From contig NC_057734.1 of NCBI RefSeq assembly GCF_004010195.1, positions 29,919,564-29,983,563 of the forward strand: a stretch of 64,000 nucleotides of DNA, in the 5' to 3' direction. Shown piece after piece: positions 13,401 through 28,400 of the stretch (within the stretch, counting starts at the first letter, position 1; each line of letters starts with the position of its first letter). A model generated the notes under the pieces. That model was not told the origin of the DNA. It saw only the letters and a list, made by a program, of their open reading frames with translations, and made no database searches. The position numbers were made by a program, and so were the translations under genes. This DNA is from Chiloscyllium plagiosum. Lineage: Eukaryota.

Positions 13401-16400
13401 TCACTCTGTATCTGGTAAGGAATTTCCCTAAGAAAGTGACCTTTGGTTGAGCATTGGAGTATTATTACTGGTTTTTGTGAGCAGATATTGATTGGGGTCA
13501 TTGTTAGCCAGGAAACAAGCCAAATTCCCCTGCTCCTCTTAACCTAATACTATTGGATATTTTACATCTTGAGATTGAGATGTAGCCTTGGGTTTAAAAG
13601 GAGTCTGAGGAAATTGATTTTAATACAGAGATGGTCAGTTCATGGATTAGATTGGAGACATCAATCCTGTGAGCATTTTTGGGACCAGCTGAATGTTGTA
13701 ATATTGGGTTTTCTGATCATTCTGGATGGATAGATTAAGAATGGCGAATAGCACATTGGCATTTTGTCATTGGCAATGGAGATTTAAGCTAAAAGATTCC
13801 ATGGTCTGCTGGAATCTTATAGCACAGGCAGTCCCCAGGTTGCAAATGGAGTCTGCTCGTGGAAGTAGATTTGTATGCAAATTGGAATACAATGGAAAGC
13901 AACCGCTCGTAAGTGCAGGAAATATTTTTATGTGGGATCTTTAAAGATTGAAACCAAGTATAGGATCATGTTCATAAGTGCACGTTCCCTTAAGTAAATT
14001 AGGGACCCTGTTAGTGCCTGTTATCTTCAATAAATGCTGAGCAGTTTCAGACCACCACTTAGTTGGACTACAGAGAAACCTCCCTTCTGATTACACATTT
14101 TCCAAAGAAGACAGGACCTCTGACATATTGGTCCACCATTAGTTGGCAAGGTTTTAGAACGCCCATCCCAAATCCCCTTAGTAGACCGACTCTCATCATA
14201 AATAATCCTGTTTATTATAATGCAGAACATCTGTTCTTTGATTTGCTTTCAACAGGTAATATGCAGGGTGCCACTTTTTTCCTCTGAATAAAACTGAGAA
14301 TGTGAAATAAAGTGATTTGGTTCATTGATTTACCTTTAGTTGAATACATTAAAGTTTGTTTTCTGGAAATATAGTTTCTGCTGTTCTTTCACACTGAATA
14401 AAGTGATCGATTTCATGACTGTGGAACAGTGTACATAGACTTTTGTTGGAGTAGAGTTATGTGACATACTGCTTTATGATGTCTTTTTTCCTTGTACCTC
14501 TACACAATCTTGACTATTGATTTGATTCCACGCCATATACTGTTGTACGTTTGCCATTCCAGGACAGACAGCTGAAGATTAAAGATCTAGTTTTGTCTGC
14601 ACATGAACGTGCTGTTCGAAATTGCCCTTGGATAGTTGGGTTGTGGAAACGCTATCTTCTAGCACTGGAACGACACAGAGCTGAACACAAAGTTATAACA
14701 GGTAACCCTGTGCCAAGAACAGTACATTGTATTAGGAAAGCTTTAATTAGTTTTATGTTTAGGCAGAGAGAGCAGAATTCCTTCTAATTTACTTTCTAAT
14801 TTACTTTCATTCCTTTTTCCACTCAATCAAAATGAGTCCGGAAGACTGTAAATGATCGAGTCCTCATGGTTGTGTTGAGTGAACAAAGTTTAAAAATTAC
14901 ACAACACCAGGTTATAGTCCAACAGGTTTATTTGGAAACACTAGCTTTTAGAGCACTGCTCCTTGAATGAGCAGTGCTCTGAAAGTTTGTACTTCCAATT
15001 AAACCTGTTGGACTATAGCCTGCTGTTGTGTCATTTTTAACTTTGTCCACCCCAGTCCAATACTAGCATCCTCCTAGAAGGCTGAATGATCACGTTCCAG
15101 CTGCCATTTTATCTTACCAGTATGGGGAAGACTGTATCATGGGCAGTAGTTAAACTATCCTAAATTGAAAAAGAATAGTAAATCTCTGATTCATCTAATA
15201 GACTGCTTGGCACCCTGATTGGTGATAAAAGTGTGCCAAGTGGAGATGCCAAGGGATGGGGAGGAAGTATTTGGGCTGATTGAAACATGGACCACTATGT
15301 AATGGAGGAAATATTCTCTTCAGTGTGCAGAAGGTTGGAGGTGGATGATGCAATTTTTGGTGGTGTCCCTCTGGAGGTGTACAGAAATGATGGAGGACAA
15401 TCTGTTGCATTTTGGAGGCTGGGAGGGACAGTAGGTCAGAACAAGGAGAAACCTATTGTGGTTCTGAAGGGAGTGGAAGAATGACAACAGATGTGCAGAA
15501 AATGGGGCACATGTGGTAATGTAACTGTATACCGTGGAAGTGGCATCCATGTGGTTAAAGGTGAAGATAAGCATATCTGATATGAAATATCACATTGTCA
15601 ATACAAAGAAACTTGGAAAATATAATAGAATGCTGACAAGACACTGGGAGGAATTGTAGTCAGGATAGCTATGGAAGTTGATTCATGCATCACCTCAATG
15701 TGAGATGGATGTTTATAAAGTTTTAGGACATTGAATTATGACATTCTATGATATTGTATAGTTACTCTTAGATGTTACCTGTAGGAATAATATATATGGA
15801 ACTGACTGTGTTTTTATTGTAATTGATAGAAACCTTTGAAAAAGCGTTGAATGCTGGGTTTATCCAGGCTACAGACTATGTGGAGCTTTGGCAAGCATAT
15901 CTCGACTACCTGAGACGGAGAGTCAATTTCAGCCAAGGTACAGCGTAAAAGTGACCTGTCTTCATCTTTAGCCCTATCTCACTGACAATGTTATGAAACA
16001 ATGAGAAACTGTAAGTATGGTAATGGAAATGAAGTGATGTTGAAAATGGTAACTTCTGATTGGGGGAACAGTGTATCATCCTGCAGGAATGCTAAAGCTT
16101 GATACAGGTTAAAGATGTGAAGAATCAAATGTTGTTTATCTACAAAGTATTCAGCAACAGGTTGTGATAGTGAAAGTACTGGACTTGCAGGACTGGTCCC
16201 ATGCTGATGATCTTTTGGAAAATTGAAAGGTGATAGAAACTGAGGTACTGAATTGTGAAGTTGGAGTAGGTTGAGGTGAAATTTGGTGATGTGATGAAAT
16301 ACATAGTGGCTGAGGTTAATGGAGTTAGACTGCATCTTTTATTGACTGTTTAGGTGAGGTAGGGGTGAAATTTGATGCAAGATTAAATATAAGCAGTCAT

Positions 16401-19400
16401 AGTAATGGATAGGCTAACAGTTTTCAGATTCAGCCAAGGGATGGACTGGACTCTGTGGTTGTGTACAGCCTCGTTCAAGGTTGGGAAATTAAGTTGGCAT
16501 TAAAGAAACAGTTTTAGATGGGGGTAAAAATCTGCTTATCTGTTGTTAGGTTAGTGACAATTGTTGCTCAGTCTAAACCTGGATTGAATGAAGTTGTGTA
16601 GTAGTATAACAGGGTGTCATTAGCTTCTGGTCGCACAAATCAGGATTGTGGATAATTTTGCTGGAGGCAGGTGTGAAAGAAGCAACCAAGCTGAAATCTT
16701 AGGGGATTCTGGATGTGAGGGAGGAAAAGTTTTTTTTGAGGGGATGTCGTGTTGGGAGTGAGGGGAGGTGTGGCTGGTGGGGAAAGCATTTTGTTTTAAG
16801 GTTCATTGGTTGCACTGAGGCAGGCAGCAGTGGAGGGAAATAAGGTCAATCCTGTGGAGTTGGAACATGGAGGAAAGGTGGTGAAGGAAGATGGTGAGAC
16901 ATAAAGTTGAGTATTTTGAAAATACTGAGCACTGCAAGGGGGCACAAACTGCAATTCTTGTGGAAGTAGAGATCATACTGACTTCAAGTGCAAACTCAGT
17001 ATTGTGAACTGCATATGAACTAATTGAAAGGGAATTGACCAGGGAGTTGGAAATATACATGTGAATTGGTTGGCAACAGTACATTTGAAGACCTTTGAGA
17101 GAAAATATTTGAAAAACAAATGGACAGGGGAATTTTTGAATAGGTGATGCTGACTGTAGATTTGAAAGTGAAACATACAAATTTTGAACAAAGAGATCCA
17201 TTTGTGACTTCAGAGAGTTAAGTTAAGGAGTTCCAAATGTCACCTTAACATTTAGAGCTGGATCTGATTATAGAACCTTTCTGACTCAAAATAGTGAATG
17301 ACACTCAGCACCAAAGGGCCACAGCTGTTGTATCATTTTATGGTCATATTTATATATTTCTATGGCTTATTTGTAGCAAATGAAATACACCGTGTTTGAC
17401 TTTCCATCTGCCTGTTGTAGAATTACTGCAAATAGGAAGGAGTGGGAGATTTGAGTCACTAACAACTGACCTCTTCTTTAACAGGAGGTAGAACTGGATA
17501 GATGTTAATACATGGAGGCAATATTGTCTTCAGCTCTGAGATTCAAGACCATAACTTTATTTTACAAGATTGACCATGATGTGCCCTTCTTTCTCACTCT
17601 CTTTTTCTTTTTCCCTGTATATATGTGCTTTCCTGTTAATTTGTTGTCATTTTATTTGAATAGATTCCAGTAAAGAGCTGGAGGAGCTCAGATCAGCTTT
17701 CAGTCGTGGTCTTGACTACTTGAAACAGGATATAGAGCAACGTATGTTTGTGCTTTTATGTTTTAAATGTAAATTACTGTCAGGTTTGCTGTAGTCACTG
17801 ATTACTGTCATCAGTTAGTCATGAGCAATGTGATTTCTGCCATTTTCTGATGTACTTTGTATGTGTCACAGAACATTAGGCGAGCTTGAGGTGAAAGTTA
17901 TTTATTCCCTCCTTAAAGATCATTTCTTTTTAATATGTTATTCAACCCATTGTAGCATTCGGGTGTATTTTAAAATGTTGTATTATTTATTCGATTATTC
18001 TGTCAGGCAATTTAGATATTCATCACATTGGTCAGCTGGGAGCTTTGTTTTCTTAATCTACACTGCCTCTTATTTAGTTATTGCTGGGCGTGCTGTGTTC
18101 CACCTGTACTCTAGAACAGATTTATTTATTTTGACTGTTAAAAATGTAGAATTAATGGGCCTGTGTCAGAATTGTTAACTTCCTCACCACAGAATACCAT
18201 GCTTTTCAATTTTGCAGGACCTCAACATTGCCCAGTGAATAAATTGTTCAACACTAGTGAAGTTCTGTAGGACTAAAATTAGATGAATACTTGGAATAAA
18301 TTTATAGTTGAATAGGATATTTCCATCGTTTAAACTACAGTGGACACAGTTAACCAGATTACTTCCTTTTGTGCTGTAATGATTTGTGATGATAGCTGGT
18401 GTTCCTACATATTCCTCCCTGTGTTATTCAGAGCCCTACAGCAATTACCTTTAAACTACTTTTAGACTTTTATTTCTTTCTCAGATGCTTATTTCTTTAA
18501 ATATCTCTAAGGTGTAGAAGCAGAATAGCAAGTTAATACTATTATCTTCTGAAAGTGCCTAGAAAATATTATTTTACCATCTCAATTTAGTTCCATGTTA
18601 CAGATGTTGTCATTGAGTGGAAACTACATCAGCTGTCAACCCTGTCATAATTAGTAGCTTTGATACTGTTGCCTCACTTTAGTGGAAAATCTAAGTGTAA
18701 TTGGGCTTGAAAGGGAGTTGACATTACGCTAGTGGCAGCTCAGCCAGTGAGTACAGGGATGTTGCTGGCCCTTTGCAGAGTGTCTATGGTAGGTGCATTT
18801 GTTCCTTGCTTAATATATGGTGTTCTTTTACAGTTGCGCCAAATTTCTAATAGTTAGTGCTCTCACCATTTATTTAAATGCATTAATTTTTATCTCTTGT
18901 ATAATTCAGGACAGATGTTTATATTTGTAAACATATGTCGGTTGGTTTCAACGTACGTATGAAAGATATTGCTGCCTTAATTCCTAATTCTATCTAATAC
19001 TTTTCCTTGATTTTGGAGTTATTTGATTTATTCCCGAGTGAACTAGTTTTTAAATGATGGATGATTGGAAATTGACAGACTTCTGGCCTTGTTGCAGGAT
19101 TTGGTGAGAGTGGGGACCCCTCATGTACAATTTTACAGAATTGGGCAAGGATTGAGGTAAGACTATACACAGAACAACTGTGACCATACTTCAAACATTA
19201 GTAAGTAATAAGGACGTCAGTGAGACAGTCCTAGAACATGTAATTTCAAATATAAAGAGCAGATGCAAAGTATTACTTCTGTTTGGTTCATTGATGACTA
19301 TTTGAAAGGAAATGATGCACTAGTACATTAAAATATGTGTAGTACCTTTAGGAATGGTAGTTCTGTCTTCAAGGAGAAAGTGAGGTCTGCAGATGCTGGA

Positions 19401-22400
19401 GATCAAAGTTGAAACTTTATTGCTGGAACAGCACAGCAGGTCAGGCAGCATCCAGGGAACAGGAGATTCGACGTTTCGGGCACAGGCCCTTCTTCAGGAA
19501 TCCTGAAGAAGGGCCTGTGCCCGAAACGTCGAATCTCCTGTTCCCTGGATGCTGCCTGACCTGCTGTGCTGTTCCAGCAATAAAGTTTCAACTTAGTTCT
19601 GTCTTCATACAGGTGATGAAAAGATTTTTAGATTAACTTGGAAGAGGCTTCAGTTTAATAGATTCTGTTTCATTTTCTGAAAGCAATTGAGGCAATGGGG
19701 AAATTTTACCAGGAAGCAATAAATTCTGTTTTCAGCTGTAATAAATTCCCAGCAATGTCTTATCATTTGACCTTTTGATTTTGAATAAATATCCCAGATA
19801 AATAAACTTCTAGATGACAGTTCCCCATTGTTTGGAATACTTTTGCCTGGATTTGATTATTGGAAGTATCATGATTATTGTGATCACCTATGCACTTACA
19901 ATGATATATTATTTTCTAGGCAAGGCTCTGTAAAAATATGCAGAAAGCCAGAGAAATCTGGGACAGAATCATGACCAAAGGAAATGCAACATATGCCAAC
20001 ATGTGGTTGGAATATTACAATTTAGAGCGGTAAGAGCATCAGTCTTTTATCACACAGCAGTCTATTTGTATTTTTCACAAGCTATCCTTCATCCTTGTCT
20101 GAAGATCAAATCTAATCTGGTAGTATAGTCTACAAGCAGTGGATGCTTTTACTGCTGTATTGCCATTCCTTATAATCTCTACCACAGGGATAGGTTGCAT
20201 CCAAACTGTGTGCGGATCAAGCTCCTAGCAGAATGCACTGAAAGGATTATGGAAAGAAATTTCACAAGTAAAGATAGAGAGGGGGTGGGTGGATGGAGTA
20301 ATAAAATAACAATTTAAAAAATCGAGAGAGATGCCATTAAAAGCTTATACCTTGTTAAAACGTCTTTAGGAATTAATACCATATCAGATAAGAAAGAAGC
20401 AAGACTATTGAAAATAATTATGGCTACAGGACTAGAGAGACTTTTGATAAAGAAAATGACACTGGATTTATGGGTTTCATAAAAGGTGTCATAACTGTCA
20501 ATGTTTGTGTATGTACTTGGATATATTATAGCATTTGACCTACTTTGTATTTGCATGTTGCAGAGCTCATGGCGACAGTCAACACTGCAGAAAGGCCTTG
20601 CATCGAGCAGTACAATGTACCACCGACTATCCTGAGCATGTCTGTGATGTGCTGCTTGCCTTTGAAAGGGTGGAGGGTGAGTTATTGTAAAATGATAAGC
20701 GCTTGATTTTTAAAAAACCCAGAGTCCTTGGAGGTGATTATGAAGCTGAAAATGAAGCGAGGCTGAGTGAACACGAAGCTGTTAATACAGTCCCTGCCTG
20801 TGCTGTTATTTGTGAAATGTTATTTCTGAAACTGAGTTATATTGAAGACAGTGGATGAGAGGCCTCGGGGTAATATTTACATGAATCCAGGAGTCTCTTT
20901 CTCCCAATGACTTAATACAAATGCTGTCACATTCCCATGGACTCTGAGAAAGTTGATGTACTGCTTGGAACCTGTTGCAGATATAAATCTTTTTCCAGAG
21001 TGCACCTCACTAATTTCCATGTGACAGGTCTACTGAGTAGCTGCATTTGGCTACTTCAACTAAGTGTCATCTTTATCTTGTTAGAAGACCTTGTCACTGC
21101 ACATTTATTGCCAAGAATCAAGATTCTACTTATGGATAGTTAAATGCAGTTACAGTATTGCATTGTCTCATCGAACAGTTGTGATAAGTTCTTTCTCAAA
21201 CTATGGAGCAAATGCCGTTGGATGGGGGAAGCCTCAGGTTCTTCTGCTTTGTAGTTTCATAGAAATTGAAAGAATTTTGACATATTCTGCCTTCAAAAAT
21301 GCTGCACTTTCTTATCTTCAGTGAATGAACTATCCCAATGACATCACAAATAAATGCTATACATATTTAATATTCAAGAGTGTGGGTGCTGGAAAAACAG
21401 CAGGTTAGGCAGCATCCGAGGAGCAGGAGAGTCGCAATTTCGGGCATAAGCCCTTCGTTAGGAATCAGTTAGGAATCATTAGGAAACGCCGATTCTCCTG
21501 CTCCTCGGATGCAGCCTAACCGGCTGTGCTTTTCTAGCACTACGCTCTCGACTCTGATCTAGCATCTGCAGTCCAAACTTTCTCCCATATTTTAATATTC
21601 ACTCATATAGACCTTATGATACCAGATTCCATTCCTGCACTATGATTAATTAGTTGATTAGAAACAAAAATTGTTTCTGCGCTGGATGGAAACTATATTT
21701 GTGAGGGGGTTTTGGTTAAGGATAGGATCAATTTGTGTTATCAAACTCACAAAAGTAAGTTATTTCTAGATCATTAAGCTCAGCTTCTTGAGAGTTGTAC
21801 AGTGTTAAATAACCTGTCACCTTGCACTGTATGAAATTGCACACGTGAAATACCCACTAGTATGAAATGCCAGAGAACTGGGACACCAAATAGGTGTACT
21901 CAGCCTTTAGGAGAGATGAGCTGTAAAGCATAGAGGGGAAGAAGGATTTTTAAGGAAGTATGAAGACATGAAGTACAATAAATCATCATCCTATTATACA
22001 AAGTTAATGAAATGTCAGCTTGACTCATCTAGGTAGCACCCTCAGAAGGGTCAGAAAGGTTGTGGATTTAAAACCTGCAATAATTGTGAGAATGTTAACT
22101 ACGATGACACTTCAGTGCTGTACAACGTGAGATGAGATGTTAAGCCAAAATCTCGTGAATGTGTTATGTGATAACAGGCTCTGTTGGCAGATTGGTAGTG
22201 TAGTGTAGCGCAGGGTTCATGTCCACCCTGTTCCAGAGGGAATTCTAACATCTCTGAAAAGATTGGTGAAGAAGAAAATCAAGGAGTTTCCCAATATCCT
22301 GGAAACATTTTTTTTCATTGCCATTAAAAACAATTATCTGATCATTCGTTAATTTACTGCATTCAAATTGGGCTGCCATATTTGCTTCAACTTGACTCTT

Positions 22401-25400
22401 ATTTATAGTTTGATTTGAAACATTCTGAGCACAAGGTGCTGCTACATAAATTTAAGTTTTATCTTTTTCACTTTTGTTCTGTGCTGAAGATGTTCACTCC
22501 TTGTGTTCCACAGGTACTAATCATACTTCAATGCCTTAGCCAAGTGACCCCCATTCACGTATTAACTTCATTTAGTGGGTACTAGGCCAAAAAGGGGTCA
22601 AGGCTCAATCAGGACATATTTATGCCCAGTGTCCAATATAAACAATGAGCATGTGTTACTAAATAACAGACAGGAATAGTACCCAGTGCTGATTTGTCTG
22701 CCTTTAGCCAAGAAGTGCTGAGCTTCATTTCAGTAGTCTAAACCTGAGGTCAGTTGATGCAAACTAGTTGTGGAAGCTGTTGTGTTTTTCTCTGTTACAG
22801 CTAAAAGCTGGAGTTCTCTCTGCTGCAAGAATTGCATGTGAGACAATCTATTTTACTGAATTTGCCTTTGCCAAAGGTGTGTTTATAATGTTACCATATT
22901 GGAACAGTTGCTATTTAGTAGTTAAATAATCTATTATTCTGTTCAGTTTTCCAGTAGAGTTAAGTTATTCCAATTCTTCTTGTTTGTATTTTTAACATAG
23001 GGTAAGAGTAAAGTGTGATTTGCTTAAAGCTGAGTAGTATAACCAATTCAATTACAACTGGAACACAGCACCTTACAACTTGCCTTTTAACAAAGACAAA
23101 CGTTAGGCTCTAAGCCTGTCCTCCTTGATATATTTGAAGGGGGTTGGTCTAGTCCATAACCAGAATGAATCAGTTCTATTGGCCAGGTTGTTTTTAAGCC
23201 CAAGTTAATTCTGTAACAAATTATTTTCTTCATAATAATTGTTAAGTCTGCATCAACCACCTCCTTCAGTAATTTAGAAGAAGCTTAAACAGGAAAAATA
23301 AAACTCAATCTGAGTAGTAAAACATGTTTTATCCTTTTATTTTCCCCTTTTTCAGGTTCTTTGGAAGATTGGGACCTAGCTGTAGAGAAGACTGAGACCC
23401 GACTTAACCGAGTTAATGAGCAGAGAGCCAAAGTAAGTATGTAGCGAATTGTATTTTTTGCTAGGTGAGTTCGATGGAAGGATATGGACCGGGTGCTGGC
23501 AGGTGGGACTAGATTGAGTTGGGATATCTGGTCGACATGGATGAATTGGACCGAAGGGTCTGTTTTCCATGCTGTACATCTCTATGATTATGACTCATCT
23601 TTTATTGATGGGTATGGAGTGGTTACTAACATGATTAGTCAGTGCTATCCACACTCGGATTCTCAATATTCCTTGACAGAGGCTGGCAAATAACTTCTGC
23701 CAAAACTGCGGTTGGGCTAATCATTGGAAAGGCATGCAGACGAGTCTTGAAATGACTTAACCTCTGAATTTCCCTTCTGTGTGTTCATTGGAATTAAAAA
23801 CTTCCATTCACAGAAGTCTAGAGTTCCTTTCCTATTTTTGGCATTGGATTCTCTGTATTGTATACTCCCAGGTTCAATGCAACACAAATGGATGCTGCTT
23901 AGTGCATTCTAGGTCAAGTGTGGTCTGCTCACTTGCTCCCCAGTCAACATAATGAACAATAGAAAAATCTGCAACAAATAGGGATTTTCAGCCCTATTTA
24001 TGAATCAGAAGGAAGTTTCAGTGTTATTGTAGATAACTCAGAGGAATGGCTTTTTTTTTTAACTTTTCATTGTGAAAAAACCAAGCTGACAGAACCAGTC
24101 CAAGGAAATTTGAGATCACGTTCTAAAAATCAGGATGGCTTCTGTTTTAATTGCAGATCAAAAAAGGAGATCAGAAATAAGATCAGAATGTGCTGGAAAT
24201 GTGTAAGCAGATCGATTAGCCTCCAAAGAGAAATGGCAGGCTGTAACATCTGAACATGTAACTTGTATCAGAAGGACAAGTAGGCGTTTAAATGTTGGTT
24301 AAAGACAGGAAAAGAAAGGGGGCAAAGTCGGTAAAACTCCAGGAACATTCTGTGAAAGCTAGCAATTTGAAATTTAAACAAAAATGCTGCAAAACATTCT
24401 GGTCAGGTGGGTGGAAAGATAACATTTTGGTCAGTGATATTTCAACAGCTAACAGCCAGTTGCAGACAGGGAGTGCACATGTTTAATGCTTACTAGAAGG
24501 TTGTCGGATGATATAAAGCTTATCAGTCAGGCATTGGAAAGAACATACAACTGGTTGAGCACATGAAAAGATATGGAGTGTCTGGGGGAAAAGAAATTTC
24601 TGAATACAGTAAGTCTGCAGTTATAATGAAAGGCAGTGACAAAACATGGTTGTGCTGTGAGTTTACCAGGCAGTCGCTCAATCCACAAGGATGGACTCTC
24701 CACCAGCACTCCCTTGAGAGGAAAGGTGTTCATCCTATACATCTTCCCTATCTCTCATCCACATCACTCAAACACCCTCTACCCTGAGCAGATCAATTCC
24801 ATGTGATCACTATTACCTGCCATGAAGAAAATAGGAGAAACAACAAGATTAACAAAACTTTGGAGCAGCAACACATCTCCTTGATGTTGTGTAGGGCTTT
24901 GTTCTAACTGTTTTTAACACTTGTGAAAGTTATGTTAATTCTTTAACAGTGTATTAAGTGATTGGTATTAGTTTTTATAGAGTTGAGTGGGATTATGCAA
25001 TGCACTGAGTTGGCTAATTAATGTTTCTTAATACTCTTGATTCTCACTCAATCAAGCCACACAGAAATTAGCTGTAAGTGTTATTGAAAGAAATGTACTC
25101 CTTGAGGTAAATTTAAATTTTCAAGTTTGAATTTTAATACTTTACCAAGGCTGCAGAGAAGGAAGCCCTGCTCACAAAACAGGAAGAAGAGAAAAATATG
25201 CAGCGGAAGAAAGGCCGATCTGAAAAGAAAGCTGCGAGAAAGGCCCAGAAACAGGCCTTACCTGGAGACAAACGCAAAGCAGATGAGGAGGAATGGGGCA
25301 GCCAAACAGGTATGGTACCTACTGAGAAGACTCATGGAGTTGAATTATAAGATTTTTTTCTAAGTGAAACATTTCAATGAGGGCGTGGAGGTCAGTAATT

Positions 25401-28400
25401 AGGGCAAATTCTTTCTCTTTAAAAACAATTGAGTTTTAACATGGGTAAGTTAAAGCTTGCATTCTTTTAGTCTTGTGGTGTAATGGTTTATCAAATGTAC
25501 CAAAAACCCCTCAGTTTACATCTACGAATACCTTTTTTTAAGTGAACAGAGGTAATTTAGTGATAGCCATTGATTCGTTATAAAGCATTTATATGTATTG
25601 AATAAGTGAGGGAGACTATATATGAGTCCAGTGACATCATTTTAGGTCTATCAATTGGGTATCTGAGATGGAAAGTTAATACTGACAGATCAACCACTCA
25701 GCATGACATAGCAGGAGCAGAAATTTCCAATTTCATGCCTACCTTCATTTACTGCTGAATCCAGAATACTACTACTATTCAATTAGCAGCCGTTGTTGCT
25801 GTGGATTAAGATTGTACAACACTGCAGGAGGCTATTTTGCCCATTATTTGTGGGTGCTCTTGAAAGTGCAGTTGTATTTTGCCCCACATCCTAGATGTGG
25901 CCTGGTTCCTCATACTCTTGTGCAACTCCTGTTTAACATTATCTTCGGAATCGAATTCTGCAATCCTTTTGACTAAGGTTTTCTCAATCTTTGTGACTTT
26001 TTGTGCAGGAGGGAAAATAATTCTCATCTCCTGGCTAGATGCCTTGTCAATTATTTTAAATCTATAGCCTATGGTTATTGACCTACTTGCCAGAGAGTTT
26101 TTTTTTCCTTCGGCTTTGGAATTCAATCGGAAATGTTCCTTCCTTGCAGCCCATTAGATGACAGCCAGATATTTTTAGTAGCAACTGAGCAGAGATGTTT
26201 ACTCTATTTGTGCAGTAGCTCAGGAGAATTTATTTAGCAGTGTGGAGGATATTTGTTCTGGCATGCAATAAACAAGATTTTGTGCAATCCTCGTCATTGT
26301 GTGGTGAGGAACATTTCTCCATCAGGTCACAGGTTGTCTGTAATCATAAATATGGTTGGTATTGATTTCTTTAAATTATTGAAATTTCTTTAAACTAATG
26401 AAATTATTTCTGTGAGAGAGAACGAGGGGTCTGGCATAATGGTAATGTCATTGGTCTAGTGATCTAGAGCTCCTGCAGTGGGGACTATGGCAACAAGTGG
26501 AATTTAAGTTCAATGACGAATTCGAGAATTAAGAACTGTAGCTTCAGTCTGGGTGACCCTAAAGTTGTCATTGATTGCTATGAGAGCCCCATCACGTTCA
26601 CTAATACCCTGGGTGGTGGAGGGTGGGGGGGGGCGGAGGATATCTGGCATCTATAAATGGTCAGCATCAGGCTAAGCAATGATGGGCAGTGACCACCCTC
26701 TGAAATGGTCGAGCAACCCATTCTGTTTAAGGGCAATTAGGGGTGGGCAACAAATTCTAGCCTTGCCGGCTCTATCCATAAAAGCATTTTTTTAAAAAAA
26801 AGTTGTTCCTTATGCACAAGTCCACTTATTCTAAAACGAATTGCAAAACGTATTTTGGTTTTCCGCACCCCTTGGCAGCACGGTGGCACTGTGGTTAGCA
26901 CTGCTGCCTCACAGCGCTAGAGACCCGGGTTCAATTCCTGCCTCAGGCGACTATCTGTGTGGAGTTTGCACATTCTCCCCGTATCTGCATGGGTTTCCCC
27001 CGGTTTCCTCCCACAGTCCAAAGATGTGCAGGTTAGGTGAATTGGTCATGCTAAATTGCCCGTAGAGTTAGGTTCAGGGGTAAGTGTAGGGGAATGGTTG
27101 TGCTTCGGCGGGTCGGTGTGGACTTGTTGGGCCGAAGGGCCTGTTTCCACACTGTAAGTAATCTAATCTAATCTAGTCTCTCATACTTCTTTGAGATCGT
27201 AAACTTCTTTGTTCAAAGGAGAACTGTCATCTAGTAAGATTATCAACTTGAACTGTTAACTCGGTCTCTCTGCATAGATGCTGAGCGTTTCCAGCATTTC
27301 CTGTTTTTAATTCTAATGTACTGTCCCATGCATTATACAAGGAGTCAGAACCAAATATGGTTAGGAGTGAGATACTTGACAGGGCATGGTTAAAAATCAA
27401 CTCCATTTGAAATGATACTTTTACTCATTATTTTAATATGTAATGCTTCAAATATAAATGTAATTCAGGAAATAGGAAAACGGAGTTTCTTAGAATTCAG
27501 CAGTTTTTTTGAGTCTTTTATCAGCTTGAGAATAAACATAATTTTTAAAATGTGTATAAAGAAAAATACATTTACGTGATATAAGGTGTTCCTGCACTCC
27601 TATGCACAGTTATGTCAATGGATATTTCTGTTCCATTTTTCCCATCTCTGTCTTGCCTTCTATGAGATATATTGGAAATGTTTGTTGTGGTTTTGGTGCA
27701 AAGTCCAAATTTTAGAATTATTCTCCTCTTCGACTAGTCATTTTTTACCATTATTTGGGTTTTAATTCAGCAGTGGGCAGGTTCCTAGTTACTTCAGTTT
27801 GTCTGCCTGCAGAATTCTACCTCAGACAGCTGGGTAGTACGAGTACTTGCGTGAAGTGAATGCTGAGAAGATATGTATGGGAGTGTAAAATAGGGGACAC
27901 ATTTTTAGTAATTAGGAGGTTTCCTATTTTAAGACTCTGTAGAGAAGAGATCTTTTCTCTCAGGTCAGTAGTCTTTGGAATTCTCTTCCCAGAGAACAAT
28001 GGGCCTTTGAATGTATTGTCACTAATTAAATAGTCACAGGTTATGGGAAGGTGACAGGAAAAATGGAGTTGATGCCACAATCAGGTTAGCTATGATTTTA
28101 TGTAGTGACAGAGCAGCGTGAGGAGCTGAATTGGCTACTTCAGCTCCTAATTTTTGTGTTCCCATTCTCCTGTGCCATTTATGACCACAGAAGGGAGCTT
28201 TCTAATATTGCACGTTTCAATTTCAGATCAACCAAATAAAAGATCTCGAGCTCTGGAGCTGGAAGAAACTGAAGATGATCTGTCTACCGAATGTGGTCTG
28301 TTTGGTCGTAAAAGTAGCACAAAGATCCTAGAGACTCCAGCATTACAGAAACAAAAGGCTGTAGCAGCCACGAGGAACAAAGTTCTTCATGACGACAGCA

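Noticed and set aside
19403-19636. Near-identical ORFs on both strands (MKLYCWNSTAGQAASREQ...)
   Set aside because: A consequence of the palindrome; non-ATG starts and no splice or homology support.
22745-23160. Possible solo LTR fragment ending ...gtccataac
   Set aside because: No clear TG...CA pair, TSD or second copy in the window.
26873-26945. tRNA-like sequence with A and B boxes
   Set aside because: It is a SINE head continuing into core and tail, not a tRNA gene.
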